Positions 38,588-47,429 of a DNA stretch of 64,000 bases are shown one piece after another. The notes under the pieces were generated by a model that searched no databases, was not told the origin of the DNA, and worked only from the letters and a program-made list of their open reading frames with translations. The stretch comes from Truepera sp. GTDB taxonomy: Bacteria; Deinococcota; Deinococci; Deinococcales; Trueperaceae. The stretch is taken from contig CBDCKW010000009.1 in assembly GCA_965218435.1 (NCBI GenBank), positions 1,440,001 to 1,504,000 on the forward strand. Reading direction: 5' to 3'. The number at the start of each line of letters is the position of its first letter. The stretch's first letter is position 1. A program made the position numbers and the translations under genes.

Positions 38588-38625
38588 GCGGACAGGCCCC
38601 TTTCGGGTGCCGTTTTGTCCAAGAC
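38588..38625 (+). mobile_element. Tiny structured insertion element, copy C (38 bp, antisense to the transposase, frameshifting)
   Basis: GCGGACAGGCCCCTTTCGGGTGCCGTTTTGTCCAAGAC. Confidence 0.88.
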
Positions 38626-39027
38626 ATGGACGTTTTCACAAGCTTTTGAACGCGCCATATCAAAGTGGGTTCCCAGCACATCAAACGTCGGATAATTCTT
38701 GAAGTAGTAAAGCATGAACAACAGCTTTGCCTCGGCACTGGCTAACTTGCCTTTTTGCCCTCCACCCGACCTACGCTGTTTTAGCCCTTGTACATACGCT
38801 TGCTCCTGCTCAGCCTGGTGGATTTTCGCAAACACTTTCGCCAGAACCTTGAACTTCTCGCTTGATAGACCTGTCAGTGCTTTTAATTGTCGCTCGTCTC
38901 GTATCTTCGCTAGCATTTCGCTACTTTAGCAGCTTCTCCTCACTATTAGGGAACTACTCTAATGTCTAGCACCGTGAGTTCAGGAACGAGCGCCGCCCAT
39001 TTCACAGTGACCCAACTAGCCCAGCCT

Positions 39028-39546
39028 TCACGCTTGATACGCCGCTTCGGTTTCAGCCGCGGCCCGCTGCACCGCCTCGGGAAAGTCGGCGGCGATATTT
39101 TCTAACACGCGCTGCGCCGTAAAGTGAATCATTTTAAGGAGCGCCCGTCCGCCCCATTTTTCGGGTTCGGGCAGGTTCAGATGGATAGTGATGTCAAACT
39201 CGTAAGAAACGCGGCTGCCGCTTGGGAGCGGTTGCACTTCGGCGCGTCCGGCAACCTCCGCCCAGCCTAGACGCGGTTCGGAGATGGGCAGTGGGCTCAG
39301 CTCCGCGCCTCTCGTGGTCGGCTGCAAAATGCTCTCAAACATCAGCTCTTGCTGACCGAAAAACGCAGCGTTCACCGGCAAGAGCGCCCGCACGTGTTTG
39401 AGCTGACCGACCTCGAAGACCGCCATATCGCGGATAAAGGCGGCGTAGGCGAGACTCCGCGGCACGTCGCGGACAAAGGTAACCGCCGCCGCCGGGTCGA
39501 GGCTGAGGTCAAAGGTAAAGTGAACCGTGTGAGCAATATCCATCAT
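39028..39546 (-). CDS. DUF3809-like protein (Deinococcota-type)
   Basis: HLNLPEPEKWGGRALLKM motif; adjacent to the DUF3248-like gene. Confidence 0.7.
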   Translation of the reverse strand: MMDIAHTVHFTFDLSLDPAAAVTFVRDVPRSLAYAAFIRDMAVFEVGQLKHVRALLPVNAAFFGQQELMFESILQPTTRGAELSPLPISEPRLGWAEVAGRAEVQPLPSGSRVSYEFDITIHLNLPEPEKWGGRALLKMIHFTAQRVLENIAADFPEAVQRAAAETEAAYQA

Positions 39547-39561
39547 GGTTAATACCTACAG

Positions 39562-39831
39562 CTAGGGACGCGGGCGTGTGCCCACCCATTCCACGCGTAG
39601 TGTACCCGACCGGGCCGCCTCCTCGAGTTCAGCGTCAGAGGCACCCTTAAGGCGCGGCAGCTCAGCAAATAGCGCGGCGCTTTCGGCAAACCCGAGGCGT
39701 ACCGTCACCGGCCCGTTGTCTCCGTGACGACCCACACGCCACAGCAGCTGAGCGGCTAAGGCGTCGAGCTGCTCCGGCGAGAGTCCGTGCGCCGCCAGCA
39801 CTTCGCTCAGTTGTTCTCCTAACGTGCTCAT
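39562..39831 (-). CDS. DUF3248-like protein (Deinococcota-type)
   Basis: LLWRVG...VRLG...LPRL...SDAELE...RVEWV pattern. Confidence 0.75.
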   Translation of the reverse strand: MSTLGEQLSEVLAAHGLSPEQLDALAAQLLWRVGRHGDNGPVTVRLGFAESAALFAELPRLKGASDAELEEAARSGTLRVEWVGTRPRP

Positions 39832-39951
39832 CTCGGTCCAATCTCTTTAAGCAACGTGGTGACCTTTTGCCCTGTCTAATCTTTTACCTGCTTTACTTGC
39901 GCGTTACAACGCCGCACCCTACTTTTAGGGCAGTACTTTTTGCCTGCTTTC

Positions 39952-41154
39952 TTAGTAGCGGCCGCTAACCTCGAGCCCGACGAACGTCAGATACCGCGTT
40001 TCCGGCAAACCCAGAACTTCCGGGTGACACGGCGCTGCGCCCCGCTTGACAAGCACCCGCACCTGTCTTCCGGCGTCTTGCGCCGCGCCCGTCAACATCT
40101 CTAAAAACGCCACTTCGGAGATGAAGTGCGAACAGCTCGTGGTAAAGAGCCGCCCGCCGACCCCCAGCAGTTTCAGCGCGTGCAAGTTGAGGTCGCGGTA
40201 GCCGGTCAGCGCCGCCGCCACCTGAGCGCGGCCCTTGGCGAAAGCCGGAGGGTCTAGGACGACCGTCTCAAACAGTGTATCAAACCTGTCACCGGCGGCC
40301 ACGAGACCGCGCAACACGGTAAAAGCGTCGCCACGCACCGTTTTGAGCGTGAGGTTATTTTGAGCGGCGCTACGCTCTAGCTGAGCCAACGCAGGGGCGC
40401 TCGAGTCCACTGCCGTCGTTTCGTCAGCGTGACGGGCGAGCTGCAGCGCAAACCCGCCGTGATACGAAAACACGTCGAGTGCCCGGCCAAAAGCGAACGA
40501 TCCAGCGAGCACGTGATTTTCTCGCTGGTCTAAAAACGCGCCGGTCTTTTGCCCGCTGTAAGGCGCAGCAGTGAGGGTCACGTCGCCTTCGGTAAAGGGG
40601 ACCGTTTCGGGTACCGACCCGGCGAGCACCGTGAGCTGTTGCGGGAGGCCCTCGAGCTTTCTCACCGCGCTGTCGTTGCGGGCCAAGACGCCTTTAGGCG
40701 CGTAGATATCGGTCAAGGTCTGGACGATGACCTCGGTGAACGCCTCGAGTGCAGCCGCGTGTTGTTGCACCACCAAAACGTCGCCGTATTTATCCACCGT
40801 CAAACCCGGCAAACCGTCCGCTTCACTGTGAACGACCCGGAACGCCTCAAACCCCACCGCCGCCCGTACCCGGTACGCCGCCGTTTGCCGGATACGCGCC
40901 GCCATCAGCTCCGGCGTAACATGCGCGTCACCCCGCGCGACAAGCCGAAAGGCCAACTTTGAACGAGGGTTGAAAAAGCCTTCGCCGAGCCTTTCTCCCT
41001 GGGCACTGAAGATAGCAGCCAAACCGGGCGCAACGTCTCGCTGCGCTCCTGCTAAACGCAAGTCACCGGCAAAGACCCACGGATGCCCCGTTGCGAGCCG
41101 CCGTGCTCCTTTTTCTGTCACTGTCAGTGTAGTTATGACCGTTTCGGTAGACAC
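39952..41154 (-). CDS. RlmI-like SAM-dependent 23S rRNA m5C methyltransferase
   Basis: PUA start GHPWVF, GQKTGAFLDQREN and VLDPPAF motifs. Confidence 0.9.
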   Translation of the reverse strand: MSTETVITTLTVTEKGARRLATGHPWVFAGDLRLAGAQRDVAPGLAAIFSAQGERLGEGFFNPRSKLAFRLVARGDAHVTPELMAARIRQTAAYRVRAAVGFEAFRVVHSEADGLPGLTVDKYGDVLVVQQHAAALEAFTEVIVQTLTDIYAPKGVLARNDSAVRKLEGLPQQLTVLAGSVPETVPFTEGDVTLTAAPYSGQKTGAFLDQRENHVLAGSFAFGRALDVFSYHGGFALQLARHADETTAVDSSAPALAQLERSAAQNNLTLKTVRGDAFTVLRGLVAAGDRFDTLFETVVLDPPAFAKGRAQVAAALTGYRDLNLHALKLLGVGGRLFTTSCSHFISEVAFLEMLTGAAQDAGRQVRVLVKRGAAPCHPEVLGLPETRYLTFVGLEVSGRY

Positions 41155-41377
41155 CGCCGCACCCTAGCACGAACTCGAGCCAAATTTGGACGGGCTACGC
41201 CGAGATTAGTTGCTGCTGAGAGCACCGTGAACGCGCCTTTACACCGTAAGCTTTACGCCCCAAGGTTGCCCTGCTTCACAGAGTTCACAAGCTAAAGAGG
41301 TCAGACTCATAAGGGGTGGGTACAGTTAAAAAGAGAGCTTGGTTTAGCAAACTCGTGCTCACAGATACGGAGTTGAG

Positions 41378-42658
41378 ATGAAGATAAAGCAGTTAGCTTT
41401 GGTCACAGGTCTGAGCGGCGTACTAGGCGTCGGCGCTCTGGGGCTGAGCGGCCTCACGAACGCACAAACCAGTACGCAAGACGCGTCCGGTCTGCTTTCA
41501 TACGAGCAAAATACGATAGACATCGTGAACGAGTACGGGCCGAGCGTCGTTTCGGTCAACGTCACGGCGCAGGTGCAGACGCAAAATACGCAGGTTCCGG
41601 GACAGCTTCAGGATTATTTAGACCAGCTGCCACCGCAGTTACGCGACTTTTTTAATCAGCAGATGCCGCAGCAACAGCCGCCACAACCGCCACAACAGGC
41701 CGAAGGCAGTGGCTTCGTGATTGACAACGACGGCCGACTTATTACCAATTTTCACGTTGTTAAAGACACGTTGCAAAACAACTCGGTTAAATATACGCAG
41801 GGCTCGAGCATTACCGTGACGTTTCCGGGCAGTGAAACCGAGTATCCAGTTAATGTCGTCGGGGTCAATACGCTCTACGACATTGCGCTGATCGAACTTA
41901 AAAATCCTAAAGACTTGCCCCAGAACGTTAAACCCATTCCGATTGCCGATTCGGACAACATCCAGGTCGGTGAAAAAGCTATTGCTATCGGCAACCCCTT
42001 CGGCCTCAACAGCACCGTTTCGTCGGGGATCGTCTCGGCGGTCAGCCGAGACGCGCCGAGCATCGGGCAGGTTGATGTGCCGTATGTGCAGACCGACGCG
42101 GCGATCAACCCCGGCAACTCGGGCGGCCCGCTACTCAACTCAGACGGTGAAGTCATCGGCATCAACACCCAGATTTTGGCCGGTGGGGGCGGTCTTGGTG
42201 GGCAAGCAGGCAATATCGGGATCGGTTTTGCGGTGCCGAGTAATCTGTTACAACAAAGTTTGGCCCAGCTCGAGCAAGGCGGCATAGTCAGCCTCGATAC
42301 CAAACCCCGTTTGGGTATCGTGATCGGCACTGTGTCGGATTATCCTGAAAGCGTCCGTAATAATCTCAATCTGCCGAACCAGGGTATCGTCGTGCAAGAG
42401 GTGCAACCAGGGAGCGCCGCAGCGCGTGCCGGGATTAAAGGCTCTGACTTCCAAGTTATGTACCAGGGTCAACCGATTCCTGCAGGTGGCGACGTCATCA
42501 CCGCCATTGACGGCAAACCGGTGACCACGACCGCCGAACTGCAAAACGACATCTTGAGCCGTAACAAAGGCGATACGGTCACCTTGACCATCGTCCGTGG
42601 CGGCAAGGAGCAGCAGGTCAAGGTCACACTCGCGCAGGTGCCGCAGCAACGGAACTAG
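41378..42658 (+). CDS. HtrA/DegQ-type serine protease with one PDZ domain
   Basis: GSGF, TNFHVV, QTDAAINPGNSGGP motifs and C-terminal PDZ. Confidence 0.95.
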   Translation: MKIKQLALVTGLSGVLGVGALGLSGLTNAQTSTQDASGLLSYEQNTIDIVNEYGPSVVSVNVTAQVQTQNTQVPGQLQDYLDQLPPQLRDFFNQQMPQQQPPQPPQQAEGSGFVIDNDGRLITNFHVVKDTLQNNSVKYTQGSSITVTFPGSETEYPVNVVGVNTLYDIALIELKNPKDLPQNVKPIPIADSDNIQVGEKAIAIGNPFGLNSTVSSGIVSAVSRDAPSIGQVDVPYVQTDAAINPGNSGGPLLNSDGEVIGINTQILAGGGGLGGQAGNIGIGFAVPSNLLQQSLAQLEQGGIVSLDTKPRLGIVIGTVSDYPESVRNNLNLPNQGIVVQEVQPGSAAARAGIKGSDFQVMYQGQPIPAGGDVITAIDGKPVTTTAELQNDILSRNKGDTVTLTIVRGGKEQQVKVTLAQVPQQRN

Positions 42659-42687
42659 AGTCATTAGATCCGGCTACACGTTTCAGG

Positions 42688-42709
42688 AGGGGTGCATCAC
42701 GCACCCTTT
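42688..42709 (+). terminator. Probable intrinsic terminator after the htrA-like gene
   Basis: AGGGGTGC-ATCAC-GCACCCTTT. Confidence 0.55.
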
Positions 42710-43295
42710 CGATATTCGGGCTCAATCTCTTGTGCTTGAGCAGATGCTAGGCTCTGTTGAAATGTGCTCTTGTTATTCTACACAAAAGTGCTTTGTCTTA
42801 TCACAGATAGTACCTAAAGGCAAACCCTAGACCGGGTTGGACCAGGGCAACCGCAAAGTCGGCAACGTAGAGTTGGTGGATGACAGAACGAGACTTACCT
42901 GAACTGATCAAGCACTTTGCCAACTTACCCGACCCGCGTGATCGCCGTGGGATTCGGCATGAGCTAGTAGACATTGTGTGCATCAGCATTTTGGCGGTTA
43001 TCTGCGGGGCGAACACGTATAGCCAGATACATCAGTACGCCTTAGCACACGAGACGTGGTTGCGTAGCTTTCTAAAGTTACCTTCTGGGATACCGAGTCA
43101 AGCCACGTTTGAGCGGGTGTTTGCAGTGCTGAGTCCAGACGCTTGGCAGTCGCGTTTTTTGTCTTGAACCCAGACGCTGGTGCTACCGGCGTTGGCTGAA
43201 GGAGAGGATGAGGTGCTGGCGCTTGACGGCAAGAGTGCTAGAGGCTCTGCTGGCAAAGAAGGGGCACTGCACACGGTAAGTGTATGGTCGAGTCA

Positions 43296-43346
43296 GCGGA
43301 CAGGCCCGGTGGAGGCGCAAGCCGAACATGCCGTTTTGTCCAAGAC
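43296..43346 (+). mobile_element. Tiny structured insertion element, copy D (51 bp, in frame, extra GCAA-loop hairpin)
   Basis: GCGGACAGGCCCGGTGGAGGCGCAAGCCGAACATGCCGTTTTGTCCAAGAC. Removal gives SVWSSQ|LEVVLAQ. Confidence 0.88.
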
Positions 43347-43501
43347 GCTTGAGGTTGTCTTAGCCCAACAGCAGGTGCCGGAGAAGACAAACGAGATCAC
43401 CGTCATCCCCGAACTGTTGGAAGTTGTCAACCCCGCCGGGGCGGTTGTCACCACAGACGCTATGGGAACACAAGCAGGTGGCGTGGACGGTTCGAGAGCA
43501 T

Positions 43502-43539
43502 CTAGTACGGGCAAAGCCCGGCCCTCGTGGGCCTAGTAC
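43502..43539 (+). mobile_element. 31-bp double-hairpin insertion flanked by a CTAGTAC direct repeat
   Basis: CTAGTAC GGGCAAAGCCC GGCCCTCGTGGGC CTAGTAC. Removing 31 bp restores EHLVHYLLALK. Confidence 0.7.
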
Positions 43540-44036
43540 ATTACTTGCTGGCGCTCAAGGACAACCACCCCACGCTGTTTGAAGATGTCAAGGGCTTCTT
43601 CGGCTACGCCGATAAAGTCAACTGGGAGCTTGAACATAGCCACACCCAAACGACTGAGCAGGGGCATGGACGCAGTGAAACACGCGAATGCCGGGTGTTG
43701 GCGGTTCCCGAGTGGCTGCATGAACGTGAGAGCTGGCGCGACTTGACCAGCATCGTGCGCGTCTACGCAAGCCGTACAGTCGGCAACCACACAACCGCGC
43801 ACAGCCGTTACTTCATCACCAGCTTGCCACTCGATGCCGAGCGTATTCTCCGAACGGTACGCTTTCACTGGGGTATCGAAAACGGCCTACATTGGGTGTT
43901 GGATGTGGCTTTTGACGAAGACCGCCCGCGCACACGTCTCAAAAACGCCCAAGCGACCTGGGTCGCGCTTAGACATCTCGCCATGAACCTGCTGAAACGA
44001 AACAAAACCATCAAGGCAGGTGTCGAAGCCAAACGC

Positions 44037-44882
44037 TTACGCGCAGGCTGGGACCGCGACTACCTCCTTAAACTCCTCGCTTCCTGACTTTGCGGTGGCC
44101 CTGGCTTTTCTGGCAACCAACGAATAGCTGAGGGGCGGTTTGTGTTCATAGTCCTGAAACGCTCTGTAGTTATTGGAGAGGTCGTGGCCGTATTCGGCAA
44201 AATGGGTCAGGGTAAAGTTTGACGCTAGGCACAGACCAACGATGCTCGAGAGCGTGTGTTGAAACCAGTACGACTGCGCACGCCCGGTTTGAGCCGGGTC
44301 CATGTAGTCAGGCAGAGCTTCCTCAACAAAAGGCTCCTGCCGAAAATACGAACTGTCAATCTCGAGGCTAGTAGGGTCAAACATGCCCAGGATGGGGTGT
44401 TGGTCGTACAGAAAGAGATAACCACCGGGACGAAGCAGCCGCTCGATAACGCCAAAAAAAGCGGGCAGGTCAGGTAACCAGCCGAGTACGCCGACCGTGA
44501 GGTAAACGATATCAAACGCAGCGGTGTAGGTCTCGTCTATATCGTAGACGCTGGTACAGACAAATTCAACATTTTGCCCGCTGGCTTTGGAGAGCTCTTT
44601 ACCCTGCTCGAGAAAGTTCTCGGACATATCAAACCCGACGCAGCGCCTCGCCCCTGCCTTTTTAACGCTAATCAGTTCACGCCCATTGTTGCAACCGAGT
44701 TGGGCGACGTCTTTGTCTGCTAAGCCGATCTCTGCAGACAGCTGACGCTCGACCTTATCAAAGGTTGTAAAGTCGGGTTGGCTGATTTTCGCTAAAAATT
44801 CAGCAAAACCTTCGTCACGGTAAATATCCGCCGTTCGGTTCCACATGTCGTGATTAGCCTTGATATATTTGTCGTTTTCCAC
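44037..44882 (-). CDS. Class I SAM-dependent methyltransferase; C-terminus runs into ISAs1
   Basis: AQLGCNNGRE and FDIVY motifs; the last ~21 codons come from IS sequence. Confidence 0.85.
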   Translation of the reverse strand: MENDKYIKANHDMWNRTADIYRDEGFAEFLAKISQPDFTTFDKVERQLSAEIGLADKDVAQLGCNNGRELISVKKAGARRCVGFDMSENFLEQGKELSKASGQNVEFVCTSVYDIDETYTAAFDIVYLTVGVLGWLPDLPAFFGVIERLLRPGGYLFLYDQHPILGMFDPTSLEIDSSYFRQEPFVEEALPDYMDPAQTGRAQSYWFQHTLSSIVGLCLASNFTLTHFAEYGHDLSNNYRAFQDYEHKPPLSYSLVARKARATAKSGSEEFKEVVAVPACA

Positions 44883-44934
44883 AAAGCAGTCTACACCGCG
44901 GCTTGCACCCTATCCTAACAAACTCAAATCGGAC

Positions 44935-46710
44935 CTAATCCAACAACACGCCGACGCCGTCGTCTTGCTGCAGGTCGTAAAGCCTGCGGTAGAGCCCACG
45001 GTGTAGCAGCAGTTCGCGGTGCGTCCCCTGTTCGGCCAAATGCCCGCCGCTCAGGACGAAAATCTTGTCCGCACCCTGCACCGTCGAAAGCCGGTGCGCG
45101 ATGATGATAGTTGTGACGCCTGAACGCTCTTCAAACAACCCTGCCAAAGCGTCCTGAATCACGCGTTCGGATTCGGCGTCCAAGCTGCTGGTCGCTTCGT
45201 CCAAAATCAGGACCGACGTCTCTTTAAGGAGCGCCCGCGCAATCGCCAGCCGCTGCTTTTGCCCACCTGACAGCTTGACGCCGCGCTCGCCGATTTCGGT
45301 TTCAAAGCCGAACGGAAGTGCTTCGATAAAGCCTGTGGCGTTGGCGAGGCGGGCCGCGTATTCAACCTCGGCGTCGGCAGCGTCCGGTTTGGCGTAACGG
45401 ATATTGTCGCGGACCGAACCCGAAAAGAGGGTGGGTTCTTGCGGCACAACAGCAACTCGGCTTCTGAGCGCGGCGAGGTCAAAGTCAGGTAGCGTGTGAC
45501 CGCCCAACCTGATAGCACCCGAATCAGGGTCGTACAGACGGCTGACGAGCTTGGCGACAGTACTTTTACCTGCGCCTGAAGGTCCAACCAGCGCAACGGT
45601 TTGCCCCGGTAGAACGCTAAAACTCAGGGTGTTGAGGGCGTTGCCCTTGCCTTCGGGATACGAGAACGAGACATTGTGAAACTCGAGCCCCACCTCTCCG
45701 ACTCCTGGTGAGGTGCGTGTACCGCCCGTTTCAGGTTCGTCTTGAATGAGGGCGTCAACGCGCTCTAAGGCCGCCAACCCTGCCTGCAGCGCGTTGTTAA
45801 AAAACATAACCGAGCGTACCGGCCCGATCAAACTGCCTAGATACAGCACAAACGCCGAAAGTTGCCCGACCGTCAGGTTTTGCCGCGACACGAGGTAGCC
45901 GCCGAAGACGAGTACGGCGGCGAGTCCGAGGTCAGCCGAGAGACCGACAAACGCCTCCATGTAACCGACCTGTTTACGGCGTTCTAAGTTAAGGTCTACA
46001 TAGGTGTCGTTGTCGGCGGCAAAACGACGAAACTCTAACGGTTCATTGGCAAAACTCTTGACCACACTGATGTTGCTGATCGCTTCTGACGCGGTAGCGG
46101 TCAACTCCCCGACGCGCTGCCGAACGCTCCTCGCCGAACTGCGGAGCGGCCCCTGATAGTAGCCCGTAAAAAACGCCATCGCCAAGGTAATCGCCAGGGC
46201 AATCAGCGCGAGTTGCCAGTTAGTAAAAAATAAGACGACTAGGATAATCACGACGCTAAAAAGTTGCCCCAACAGCCGCGACGCCCCAGACTGAATCATG
46301 GTTTCCAAAGCGTTTACATCCGAGACGACCCTCGAGACCAGTGAACCCGAACGCTCCTGTGTAAAGCGCGTCAGCGGCAAGGTCAATAAACGGCTGTAAG
46401 CAGAAAGCCGCGTTTCAGAAATCACGGTCTGCGTAAACGCGTAAGAGTAGTACATGGCGACGTAACCGAGCCACGCTGAGAAGAGATAAAAGAACAATGC
46501 CCCGCCACCGGCTAACCAAAAAAGCCGCACGTCGGCGCGCGGAATCAGCACGTCAATGGTGAACTGCACGAACTTTGGCCAAAGGGCGCTGAGCGCGGCG
46601 GTCAGGGTCAGTAAGAGAGACAGCCCCGCTGCTTGGTGCCAGCGGGGGCGGACCATCTGCCAAAGGCGGTTGAGGGCAGTGCGGGGGGAGATTTGCTGCT
46701 GGGGCGTCAC
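44935..46710 (-). CDS. ABC exporter, fused permease/ATP-binding protein
   Basis: TMD plus GPSGAGKST, LSGGQKQR and LDEAT motifs. Confidence 0.93.
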   Translation of the reverse strand: MTPQQQISPRTALNRLWQMVRPRWHQAAGLSLLLTLTAALSALWPKFVQFTIDVLIPRADVRLFWLAGGGALFFYLFSAWLGYVAMYYSYAFTQTVISETRLSAYSRLLTLPLTRFTQERSGSLVSRVVSDVNALETMIQSGASRLLGQLFSVVIILVVLFFTNWQLALIALAITLAMAFFTGYYQGPLRSSARSVRQRVGELTATASEAISNISVVKSFANEPLEFRRFAADNDTYVDLNLERRKQVGYMEAFVGLSADLGLAAVLVFGGYLVSRQNLTVGQLSAFVLYLGSLIGPVRSVMFFNNALQAGLAALERVDALIQDEPETGGTRTSPGVGEVGLEFHNVSFSYPEGKGNALNTLSFSVLPGQTVALVGPSGAGKSTVAKLVSRLYDPDSGAIRLGGHTLPDFDLAALRSRVAVVPQEPTLFSGSVRDNIRYAKPDAADAEVEYAARLANATGFIEALPFGFETEIGERGVKLSGGQKQRLAIARALLKETSVLILDEATSSLDAESERVIQDALAGLFEERSGVTTIIIAHRLSTVQGADKIFVLSGGHLAEQGTHRELLLHRGLYRRLYDLQQDDGVGVLLD

Positions 46711-46778
46711 TACTTTAGCCTACCGCCGCCTGCTGCGCTGCACCCAGCAATGCGCTACCGAACGGGCTAAAGTGGGTT

Positions 46779-47423
46779 ATGATGCCCCAAAAGATGACAC
46801 CCAAAAAGATAACGGACGCGCCTCTTCCCTATCTGCTCTATACCCCGAACACTACAAAAGACGCGCCTGTGCTCCTCTTTTTACACGGCTCCGGCGAACG
46901 CGGGAGCAACCTCGTTCACGTAGGTGACGAAGGCTTATCGGAGATTTTAGCGAGTCTACCTGAAGAGACTATCGTCATTGCACCGCAGTGCCCCGAAAAC
47001 TCGCGTTGGACTGAGCATTTAGAGGCGTTAGCAACGGTCCTGGACGAGGTCACTGCTCGTTACGCGGTAGACCCCCAACGTAGCTATTTGACCGGGCTCA
47101 GCATGGGCGGTCAAGGCGCGTGGTATCTGGCAGCCCGCACACCCGAACGCTTTGCTGCGCTCGTTCCGGTCTGTGGCCGGAGCAATCCGGCAGAGGCGCA
47201 GCGGCTCATCAGCCTGCCAACGTGGGTTTTTCATGGTGCAGATGACGAGGTTGTCCCACCAGAAGAGTCTGAAAAGATGGTGCGGGCATTGCAAAAGGCG
47301 GGCAGCAAAGCTAAATTGACCGTCTACCCTGACGTCGGGCACAACAGCTGGGCAAGGGCCTACGCTGAAGACGACCTCTACGCCTGGATCTTCGCGCAGC
47401 GTCAGGGTCAACCAGAACTCTGA
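46779..47423 (+). CDS. Alpha/beta hydrolase (esterase/peptidase-like)
   Basis: FLHGSGERG, GLSMGG, HGADD and GHNSW motifs. Confidence 0.9.
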   Translation: MMPQKMTPKKITDAPLPYLLYTPNTTKDAPVLLFLHGSGERGSNLVHVGDEGLSEILASLPEETIVIAPQCPENSRWTEHLEALATVLDEVTARYAVDPQRSYLTGLSMGGQGAWYLAARTPERFAALVPVCGRSNPAEAQRLISLPTWVFHGADDEVVPPEESEKMVRALQKAGSKAKLTVYPDVGHNSWARAYAEDDLYAWIFAQRQGQPEL

Positions 47424-47429
47424 ATCTGG

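Larger units (their letters stand above)
37920..38916 (-). pseudogene. IS5/ISL2-like transposase with A7 -1 slippage site and two tiny insertions
   Basis: LKALTGLS, VDVTE, YSGKK(K)RHT, DLGYQG and RVFIEHAIG motifs. Removing 38588-38625 and 38368-38403 restores ENVHRLTP and HYSGKK. Confidence 0.88.
37899..38960 (-). mobile_element. IS5-family (ISL2-like) insertion sequence with 3-bp TSD (AAT)
   Basis: TIRs AGACTTGTTCCCGAATAG / AGAGTAGTTCCCTAATAG; AAT at 37896-37898 and 38961-38963; interrupts the VOC gene. Confidence 0.9.
37521..39005 (-). pseudogene. VOC / bleomycin-resistance family protein split by an IS
   Basis: Joining 39005-38961 to 37895-37521 gives MKWAALVPELTVLDI|DKNLAFYTDLLGFEVLF...QDPDGYLLRF. 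Confidence 0.9.
42880..44087 (+). pseudogene. ISAs1 transposase pseudogene
   Basis: DPR, LDGK, DAMGTQ, LALKDN and HWGIENGLHW motifs. Premature TGA at 43165-43167, frameshift near 43473, and insertions at 43296-43346 and about 43509-43539. Confidence 0.92.
42843..44103 (+). mobile_element. ISAs1-family insertion sequence
   Basis: 18-bp TIRs CAGGGCAACCGCAAAGTC / GACTTTGCGGTGGCCCTG (17/18 match); no matching TSD seen. Confidence 0.92.

Noticed and set aside
40678..40690. GCGGGCCAAGACG in the RlmI-like gene, and GCCAAGAC near 29921 in hemL, as further micro-element copies
   Set aside because: Only the tail matches; there are no stems and the proteins show no insertion.
671..43346. Interpreting the micro-elements as group I/II introns, inteins or CRISPR repeats
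   Set aside because: They are far too short, lack GUGYG/domain V or intein motifs, occur in both orientations and different frames, and are dispersed rather than arrayed.
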